The notes under the pieces were generated by a model that was not told the origin of the DNA, made no database searches, and saw only the letters and a program-made list of their open reading frames with translations. A stretch of DNA of 51,811 nt, the filler included, from Jimgerdemannia flammicorona (taxonomy: Eukaryota), in assembly GCA_003990765.1 (NCBI GenBank). It is 2 parts of 2 records of this genome, joined end to end, with 100 filler letters (N's around TTAATTAATTAA, not from the genome) between each part and the next. Parts side by side here need not be neighbours in the genome. Positions count along the whole stretch, not along the records: positions 1 to 25,860 come from RBNJ01000782.1; 1 more part is not named here. One strand, written 5' to 3'. Of this stretch, positions 10,224 to 19,724 are shown piece by piece. Both the position numbers and the translations under genes were made by a program. Numbering within the stretch: the stretch's first letter is position 1; every line of letters starts with the position of its first letter.

Positions 10224-12990
10224 TAGCTCTTCCCTTATGATTGTGATTTGTTCTGCTCCAAAGAACTTCTCGTAGATCAGAAGTCTTAGGCCTTTCCTTG
10301 TTCCGACTGCGTCCGTGTAGGTCATCCATGATAGTGGCTTGTCGTGATCTGCCATATTTTTCGATAGGATGTCGTTCACCAACCATTCTTGCGCAAGTTC
10401 TTGAAATCTTGAACCTATGGCTGCTACGAGGCGGTAGCTGTAGCTTTTGGCTGGGTCGTCTGGTGATGATGCGTCTGCCCAGTATCCTGACAGGTATCCT
10501 GCGGATACATATGCCAAGTCGACTTGTCCCACAAATGCTGGGACTTCCATTGGGTTTCCGCTGAATGGTTTGATGTTATCGAATATTTTTATCGCTCCTG
10601 GGAGCGTCATGTTGACTGGTCCGGTTGACTTGACTGGTTCTTGGCCTCCTGGTGGATTGTGCGGTGGATGCTCCGGGTTTGTCTCGTGGTCATCCTGGTT
10701 CTCGAAGTATGCGAGGACTGCTCCTCCGATTGTCTTTTGATCTGCGTCTGAGAGGTCTCCCCAACTACTTTTAATGACATAGGTCATTATTGCTGAGTAG
10801 TAGAATATTACGAAACTTAGTGCGTCATGCTTGTAATCTTGGTGGAATATCAGGCTCGGGTTGTAGACCGGGGTTGGTCTTGATTTGCCTGTTCCTCTGG
10901 ATCCCGCACGCGATATCATATAGACTCCATCCGTATTCTTGAGCCCAATCGCTTCCTGCCAATCCTCCGGTTTTCCAATTTCCTGGAAAAGGGGGAATTC
11001 CTCCAACTCCGTGTTGTCCTTGGTATGCCATCATGGTTCTAAGGATGATGTCCAGAATCCTCTTGTAGATGTCATCTGTTGGGTAGTTAGTTCCTCCGTT
11101 TGGTTCGGTTTTGGAGTCTGATAGTACCCATGCATCTCCTGCAAAGTGGAATGCCGTTGCTTCGTCTGGCATATCTACTAGTTCCCAGGCCCATCCTAGG
11201 CGTCTCTTCTTGGCCTTGGTGATCGTGCCCTGGTATTCCTGTTATTTGGCGGCCTTGGTGGTTCTCCGCCTGCTCCAGCCGTGGGTCCTCTTGGCTGTGG
11301 TGGAGTTGCTCTGGTTAGCCGCGATAGGATCCTCTGGGTTTCACTTTGCGTATCTCTTGTCCCTTCTACTCTTCTAAGTAGTTCCTCGTTTTCGCGGCGT
11401 GCTCGTTCCCGACTTTCTTGTAGCTGTCGGTGGGCACTGTCATCCAATCTTTGTCGCACTCTTCCTGTTGGCAACGCGTTTCTTGCTGTTTCTTCCGGTA
11501 TCGGTGCGAAAGGATTTGGCTGGGTCCTCGACCTTTCTGGTGCCCTTGGTGTTGCGATTTCTTCGTCGTTTGTGGTCCACGGGCTTGGTTGGAAGCGAAG
11601 TTCCCTTACTTTCTGCTTTGCTTCTGTTGCGGCCGTGATTCGGGTCGCTGTTTGGGCAATAACCCCTGGGTTTGCTGCTCTTCTTTGGCCCAATCTTGCC
11701 GTGGCTGCGATGATATCGTCTGTGGTTGTTGGCCTTGTTTGTGCGATATCTTCCAATCTCCTCCTTTCTTCTTGAACATCTGGTGTTCTTGGGGTTGACA
11801 GGATGTTAATGGCCGTTCTTGTCGTCATGTGGCCTGGTGGCCTTGGTCCCATCGGTGCTGGTTGATTGAAGTAGCTTTCTCCTACTTCTTCTGCGCCGTG
11901 CCAGTTTCCGTCGTTTTCCTTTTTCAACCATGCCGTCAATCTCATTGTCTGATTGATTCTTTCCTCCGGCCAGTTGTGTTTCTCCAATAGGTACTTGAAG
12001 AATTTTTGTTGTACGGATAGAATTGATCTTCCTCCGTGTTCGTCGATACTCAACAGGACTTGTAGTTGAACGTCCTTGAAGTGACCTCCGAGTTGGTTGG
12101 CTACGAAGATTGCGCTTTCGTACCTTACTGGGGGTCGCTTTCTGATGATTATCTTCACCTTCTGGTATCCGTCTTCTAGGTAATCTGAGACGTTTCTTGG
12201 GATCTCCCTGAACTTCGGGTTTCTTCCGTCCGCTGTGTTCTGGAAGGATTTTCTCCAAAATGAGGTCCATTTTGAGATTCCTTCGACGTGTGTTGTGTCG
12301 ATGGTTCCTTCACTTGGGATTGTGTTGGCTGTCTCTCCGTCCGACTGGTGGCCTTCTTCAGGTTCTCCGTGGATGGTTTCTTCCATTTCGTCGATCCTTG
12401 TCCTGAGCTCTTGCTGCTCGATTGGGGCAGCTGGGTTCTGATCTCCTTGGATGCCTGAGAACCATTGCTCTGTGACCGTTGACGTAGGCCTTGGCTGTCT
12501 TTGTAGCGGCGCGCTTTCTTCTGATCTGCGGCTTGCTCGGCTCGCTCTGCGGCTTGCTACTTGTTCCTCGAGTTCAGCAATTCGTGCCTGTTGTCTGACG
12601 ATTTGCTCTTGGAGTCTTTTTTCCGACTCTGTTTCGGCTTCAATGCTATTGCTTCTGAAGCGGAATAGCGTTGTTCCGTAGGGGGCTGACGTTGCGCGTT
12701 CAGTTTCATTATGAACGTTGATGTTGTTGTTGGCTGCCATTTGTCTTGATCCTCCGGACTGATCCAAATCTCAGTATCTAGCGGCTAATATTGGACGGTC
12801 GGTTGGTTACGAATGTCGTTAAGGGCTTATACTTCCGCTGAGAGTGGCTTCTTCGTCTCGAGGCTAAGCTTTAAGATCACCGCAAAAAAAGTGAGTGCGA
12901 AGCTGCTGCTTTTTGAGAGTGATAGCGTAAAAGCTATTGTGGGTTTATTGGGGTTTTTTTGTGGTGAGGAATTCGAGTTCCAATACACCT

Positions 12991-13000
12991 GTATTTATAC
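12991..13000 (-). promoter_or_regulatory. Candidate TATA box upstream of the Gag-like ORF
   Basis: Minus strand reads gTATAAATAc, about 250 bp upstream of ATG 12740 in the intergenic spacer. Confidence 0.35.
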
Positions 13001-13138
13001 AGTTTTTAGAGCTTTCGCTTCTGCTAGTCCTATACTATTCGTAGCTCTCTCGGTGGTATCGCGGTGTCTTCTCTTTTCCCTTTTGGGAGTTATTTAGCAG
13101 TCCAGACTAGCAGTGCTAGTCTTCGACAGATCCTTTCC

Positions 13139-14708
13139 TTATAAGGATTCTCCGCTGTCCCACACGCTACTTCCCCATTCGTTTGCTTCATCCGCGAAGT
13201 CTGCCGGTGTTGCACCATTGATTATTTCCTGCAGTTCTTCTGCTGATAATTCCGTGCTTGTTCCTTCGCTTGATGCGGTCGTCAGTAGCCATAGCTCTTC
13301 TTGCCTTCTGATCAGCTTGTTGAGCGTCTTCATTTCGCTTACCTTGACCCGGGTGATCATGCTTGGGGTCAGGCCTTTGACTCTTCCATAGAACTCCTCC
13401 GTGGGTTCGTGAAAGAGCATTCGACAGCTCCTTATCTTGGTTTTTATGTAGTCCAGCTCAGTTTTTCCTAATGTTTTCCCATTAGCTGTCTGGACTTCTG
13501 CCTTGATGTTCTTCGTAATGGTCTTCATTGCCTGCTTTCTGGCTTCTTCGATTGGGAACCCTCTTTGCACCAGGGCTTGGCTTCTGTCTTCCCAGACCTT
13601 GCTAATTTCTAGGTAGCACTTGATTGCTGATACGTAGAATTGGTCCGCTCTTTTTTCGATTACCAGCGCCTTTGCCAGTAGGTGGGATTCCTTGAAGCCG
13701 AACTCCAGGTTTGCGACGTCTTCATCCGTCGGTTCATACCATCCGGCCAGGTGCCAGGCTCTGATTTCCTTGAATCTTTTCAAGACTCTTTTCGCCGCGG
13801 TTGATAGTCCTTCTTCGCTTGCTTCCGCGAGGACTTGCTGTACCGTTGGCAGTTCCGCCGTTATTGTTGGCCCTTGATTCATTCTTGGGGCTGCGATTCT
13901 TGCTCGCAGTTCTTCCTCGTTTTCCGCGAATCTTTCTTCCCTTGATGTCCGGGTGATTGCGGCTTCTTGAACTTCACTTCTCAGTTCTTCCTGGTCAGCG
14001 GCTGGTGTTTCTGGAACGATTTCTCCTTCGTCCTCTGTGAGTATTTGTTCTTCTCCAACCGGTTGTGCTAACCTTGAGATTCTTCTGGCTCGAGTCCGCC
14101 TAGCCCCTGTTGCTGTTCTGAACTCCCTGAGTTCTTGAACTTGTTGATGCAGTTGCTCCGTGAGTTCTGCATCTTCCTGGGCTTGCTGTACCATTTCCTG
14201 ATATCGGTCTTCGATTCCCATAGCGTGGTGCTCGAGCTTCTTTATCCTATCCTCCATATATGCCAGTGTTGCTTCTTTCGGGATTTCGATAATCCTTTCC
14301 CTGCAGTACAGGCATATTCCTCCGATGTTTTCCTCTACGTCCTTGATGGTTCCGTCTTCGAGGGTGGTTTCGCCGACCTTAATTCTCTTGTGGTTGGCGT
14401 ACACCAATCCCACGCATTTGAGGTGGATCGTCCGGTCGCATGCAGCGGGCTTGGTTCTCCCCGAATTCTTCTAAGCATCCGATGCATGCTGGTTCTTCCT
14501 CCCTTGGTCGTTTCAGAGATATTACCATCTCTACATATCCTTCTGCTTCTTCTCTGAAGTAGAGGGCCTTGTCGTGTCGGACTAGGATTGCTTCGTTTGG
14601 CTGAAGCTGCTCCATAGCTTCTCTGGCTCCGAACATCATTCTTTTTGGTAGAATGTCCGGCGGGATCCTCTGTCCTTCTTCTAGGATTGGTGCTCCTCCG
14701 GCTACCAT
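13139..14708 (-). pseudogene. Intronless PHD-like zinc finger + coiled-coil + helical C-terminal domain protein, one frameshift, 5' end possibly truncated
   Basis: ORF 14379..14708 gives CIGC...ARC. The frame of ORF 13139..14413, extended upstream, gives CDRTIHLKCV...ICLYC. Together this is C4HC3 spacing, followed by a heptad-like E/Q/L-rich stretch. Confidence 0.65.
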
Positions 14709-14715
14709 TGTCCAC

Positions 14716-17700
14716 TATGTCATCTGCAAAGGCTCCCACCTTCCACACCACACCATAGATTGAGAGCCCTGGATCCTATCCATCAAGGGTTCCAATGAAA
14801 GGGCATAGAGAATAGAAGACAGTGGATCCCCTTGAGGAACTCCCCTCCCCAAGGGGAATACCAAGCTCTGGTGACTATTACACATCAGTGCTGCCCTACT
14901 TCTCTTCAAAAGATTCAACATAGAGGCTTGGAATTGTAGTGGAACATCAATTCTGTCCAGTACTTTGCCCAGCCACATCTGCTGAATGTGGTCATAGGCC
15001 TTCTCCTGGTCCAAGAAGACCAATCTCCTATCCAACTCACTAGCCTGAGCCCCTTTAATGACTCCATAGACCCAAGCCATCTCATCTCTAATAAGTCTGC
15101 CTCCAACAAAGCCCTGCTGCTCCTCTTTTTTTTTTTTTTTTTTTTTTATAGTCTCCCCACTACTCCTCACCTAGTACCTATTGAGCAACCTTCTATAATC
15201 TAGCCATGATCATCTTAGTAACCATCTTCTTGTCTATATTTAGAAGCATAATCAGTCTCTAATTTTTCTAGTCCTCTCTTCTACTCTTGTTCTTATATAA
15301 CAGGGCCACCAGCCCTAGATTCTATCCTCTGACCTACTTACTATTCAGAAATACAAAGTCACAAAAGGTTGCCATCTCTCCTAATACTCCAGAGACCCTT
15401 GTCATCTTCTTTCAAAAGTCCCAAGGTAATCCATCCTCTCCTGATGCTGTCCCTAGCTTAGTTGCCACAAGGACTCTCTGGATCTCCTCCTCTTGAACTA
15501 ATAGGATCAAATCTCCCAGGTCCTCTATCTGTAGTAGCTCTCAATCCTCTAGAGTATCTCCAATTACTTCAACACTAGCTCCCCCTTTCTCCTCACTCTA
15601 CAGATCTCTCTATCTCTCCTTCAGCAATCTCAATATCTGTTGAGTACTATATACTAGTTCACTCTCTACATCAAAGACTCTATTTCAACAATATCACACC
15701 CTTCTTGTCTGGAAAAGTCTCAACAAATACTTAGTAGGCCTCTCACTCTCCTCAAGCCCCTGCCACCTCAGTCTAGCTGCTATACTTTTCATATATATCT
15801 CCTCCTCCTCTCTCAGTATCTGTTACAACTCCATTACTTCAAACTTAGCTTACATCAATCTCTAATCATTCATCTCTCCAGAATTTAACAAATCTGCCCA
15901 TTCTATCTACAGTCTGACCAACCTATTAGAAGCCCACTTCACCCTTCTCCTTCTCTGCCTCCCAGCCTCTCTATTAGCTCTACTCCAGTAATCTCTCATA
16001 GTCTCTTTCAGCTTCATCTACTAGATATCTACAGGTGAGCCCTCATATATCCAACCAGCAATCTTCACCTATATATCCTCCATCCAAGGGTCCCATAGCC
16101 TCTTCTCAGCCAGCAGGGAGAAGTTAAGGTATTAATATCTGGGTCCATCTCCACTCCCCCCAAACTGCCTCTGCCCTAATAGTCTCTAGTGATCAGATCA
16201 TGGATACCACTCAATCTCTAATGACTTTCAAACATCCATACTTCAGTATTTGGCTGTTAGTATCTAGTTAATTCTTGTATCTAGACCATTTATCTAATAT
16301 GTATAGATCCTCTTTTCTCCCCATAGTATCCTGCTCATATCTCTTAAGGAGCTAAGGTTTTTCACCTCTTTCTATAAGTCCAGGCCACCACTCCTTCCAC
16401 TGGTACTCCTTCCACCATTAGTTTGATCTATCTGAAGATTCTGTACTATATTAAAGTCACTCTCCAGAATATTCACTCCATTCTCCAAGAGGGCACCCTC
16501 CTTCAATAGACTCTTGATCCATGTAATTCTCTTACCCTGAGCCATAGGGCAATAGCAGGATCTTATCTTCACTGACTCTCAACCAGGGCAAATCCATTTC
16601 CCCTATACTAAATGATCTCTCCAGTTCCTGATACCCCCTAACTCTCCTCTACTACTCTATATCAGAATAGCCACTTTGTCCTCTCAAACAGCAGTGCCCC
16701 CCCATTCTCTAGTCTATTCCTCTTGATCTAGATCATTCTCACAATATACATCCTATAACAGAAAGAGATCAGCCTCTAATCTCTTAAGCTAAGTGAAAAT
16801 GTTTTTCATCTCCCAGAGCTCTGTAGTCCATTCATATTCAGCAAAAAAATATTAGTTATAGTGTTTATTAGAAATAATGTTTAAATAAAAGAACTCTTTA
16901 CAACTTAGCCCTCATCTCTCTCCTTACCAGATCTATTCTCTGTTCAGCAGAATTTTCCACATTCAGCATCTTATCTGTCTCCAGTCTAGCTAGAAGATTA
17001 GCTAGTTCTATATCTTTCTTCTCTTCCATTATATCTCTATACTCCTGACATACACTCTGCTAGAGTTGAAGGTTTCTTCTCTGCTTCTATCAAAAGGCAG
17101 TCTATTTTCCTACAACTGCTGCCAATTTCTTCTCTCTTGCCTCATTAATCTCATATCCCTCCTTCTTTATGAAGATGGCCAACACCTCCACCTTGAGTAT
17201 CTCTACTACTCCATCTCTATATAGTACCCTTTTCCAATGCTTCTCACTAATAACTCTCAAGTCCACATCCTCCAATTCCTCAGCTGTCAAGTTATGTATT
17301 ATATAGCATATCTACCACAAGTCTCCAATATCTTTCCCCTCAGGAGTGTTCAGCCATCTCATACCCAGCATTGATAAATTAATTCCAGTACTAGCAGATT
17401 CTTTCTACTTCTCATCTGAGACATCCACTAGCTCATCCTCCTTAGGTTCTGTGACCTGACCCCCCATCTCAGCCTTGAGAACTCCAAATTAGACTCTATA
17501 TATATCTCTCATCTCTACATCCTCTCCAACTATTTACCTTCTAGAGCTAGTTAGTGCTCTATCATTTTTATCATTCTCAAAGACCTCTAGTATACTATCA
17601 TCATACAGTATCTGATCTCTAGTTACCCTACTTACTTGATTATCTGCCACTTTTATCTCTACTCTACTACTGGCCCAAGTACTCACCTTTGTCCTCTCAG

Positions 17701-19010
17701 GACCTTCAGCTCTCCTCAACTCCTTGGCAGCATTCTCCTTCATACTAGCCAGCAGCTCTCTCTGTCTTTTCCTCCCTTGGGCTCATTCCCACTGCTTCTT
17801 ATTAATATAAATATGCTTCTCTTCTATTACCTCTAGATATATTGAATCTATAAAGAACTTCTAAGCCTTTGCTCTATACTCTACTGCTCCACTGAACTCC
17901 TCCAGTGTCTCCAGTAGATCCTCTTCCTCCTCCTCACTTCTCTTCACTCTCAAGATCTTATAGATAAAGGCTCTTCATCAATACTAATGGCCAGTCCCTA
18001 GTCTTCTCAGTCACCTCTCTCCCAGTTAGTCTAATTCTCACATCTACATTATTTATTCTGATAGTGGTCTCTTCCTATATCTGAAATTTAATATCCACTA
18101 TATTACTATACTCAGCCATCACCTCCTCTATTCTGTACCTTGTCTCAACCATCATCACTATTGGTACTCCTTTTATCAGGAACTATACTACTCTCAGATC
18201 TCATCTTAAGCATCTTGCCATAGATACTACTATCTCTCTAACTACCAGTCTAGTTTTCAGCATCTCCTCTATTGGCCCAGCCTCCTCAAAGTCCACCTCA
18301 ACTCCCTCCAGGCCTTTTAGAAACTTCACTGAAGCCATACTAGCCATTTTCTTTGAGATGAGCCCTAGGATTATTCTTGTTATTATAGCTAAGCTCTGGA
18401 AGCACAAAGTGACTGCAAACTCTAAAATCAACTTCTTGAGTAATAGTGCTACCACTAGCCCTATCACACCATCAGTCAGGTCCCTCATCCTCTTTGGTCC
18501 CATCAGCCCAGCCTCACCATCAACTATCACATGTGGATTTTTTTTCAGATTTCTAGTCATATTACCATCAGCAGTTCTGCTCTTTCTCTCAGCTATACCT
18601 ACACTGGCCCTCTCTCCCCCAGTCTGAGGCACTGCCCCTCTATCTGTCATCTCTCTCTGTTTCTCTTTCCTCCCTGTCTGACTACTATAAGATCTAACAG
18701 ATCACCCACCAGTCTTTACCAAATCTGCAAAACTTCTTCCCCTCTACCTTTTAGCTTCAGCTCCAGTGTAGCCACTATTGCCAGACCTACTCTGCCCACT
18801 CGGGCCACCAATAGACCCCATCTCCAGTCCATATCCTCTTCTGACATATTGCTAGTCAAAGGCCCCAGTCTATCTGACCTAGTATATGTGTCAGCTTGCT
18901 TATTGGTTGCTATACTCTTAGTATCTTTCTCTAATAAACACTTTGAAAGTATATTGTAAAAGTATGTGTAATATGAATAGTAGCTGAGAAAGGTGTGACA
19001 ATATGCACAT
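14716..19010 (-). mobile_element. Decayed L1/Tx1-type LINE: 5'UTR, ORF1, ORF2 EN and RT, cut off just after AFADDIV
   Basis: DQEKAYD, GVPQGDPLS, VGAFADD and ILESDFN motifs. ORF1 and 5'UTR are homologous to the plus-strand copy at 19725-25860. No 3' half or tail. Confidence 0.9.
15126..15154 (-). mobile_element. Minimal LINE insertion: last 7-8 nt plus poly(A)22, with diverged 14-bp TSD
   Basis: T22-atagtct(c) is the reverse complement of the gagactat(A)n end at 7353-7384. Flanks are ccctgctgctcctc (15112-15125) and ccccactactcctc (15155-15168). Confidence 0.8.
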
Positions 19011-19230
19011 AAGGTCCCTCTGCCTTTTATAGACACTCTATCTAGTCTCTCCATCAGCTATTATATCTCTTTTTTTTTTTTCTAGATCCACTATTACACT
19101 ACCATCAGCCCACAGTACTTTCAGCACCTACACTCACTCCTCCAGACTGAGGACCTCTCTCTCTTCCTATACTAGTCTTGTCCTTTCTCTCAGCCATACC
19201 AGCTATAGCTTCAACTGACTATCCACTCTC
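19011..19230 (-). mobile_element. Third fragment of the same LINE ORF1
   Basis: The reverse complement aligns by eye to 20020-20245 of the plus-strand LINE. Confidence 0.7.
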
Positions 19231-19320
19231 TTTTTTTTTTTTTTATAGTCTCTTAGACTCCTTTATTACCTAATCTAATATAATAACAAATCCCATGTTG
19301 TGGCTACTACAAAAATAATA
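19231..19320 (-). mobile_element. LINE 3' end with poly(A), gagactat family
   Basis: T14-atagtctcttagactcctttattac matches the reverse complement of 7336-7384. The distal boundary is approximate. Confidence 0.85.
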
Positions 19321-19724
19321 CATATACAAAGGCCTATAGGTATATTTTATCTTAAGAGGGATATATCTCCTTCAGTAATATATCTGGGATTGAATTTACT
19401 GAGATACTCCTCCTTCTCTTTGCTTTGGTCTTTGTATAGTTGGGTTTGCTTAGCATCAAAGTAAATAGTATCAGTTATATATCAGATTTCAGATGAGCTT
19501 AATTTAAAAGCTAGTTTGGATTCAGTATTAGTTTTGGTTTCAGATAGAGCTGTAGCTAGGCCTGTCTCAGGTTCAGGATCAGGTTGTTGATAAAGGATTT
19601 CTCTTACTTCTTTTTTAAGAATATGGTGGACCTTATAATTCTGGAAGCAGTAGTATAAGGTGGTCTTAATTCTGATATAGTAAAAGTTAGTAGGGTTGAA
19701 CCACTTGGCTATAAAGGCTTGGAC

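Larger units (their letters stand above)
3929..12740 (-). pseudogene. Interrupted Gag-like + aspartic protease polyprotein (segments 12740-10224, 9016-7385, 3991-3929; about 1,400 codons)
   Basis: The frame is restored across both LINE insertions (IREEL|YNFPR and VDRSN|KMALIIWGVLQQNQSEIVTS*). Motifs: Gag-like KPFSGNP...EKFF...REEL, PMDVD plus a basic tract, and retropepsin AKIDTAADENVIS...FLLGNKFL. Two compensating frameshifts near 11245 and 10870 are needed. Confidence 0.8.
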
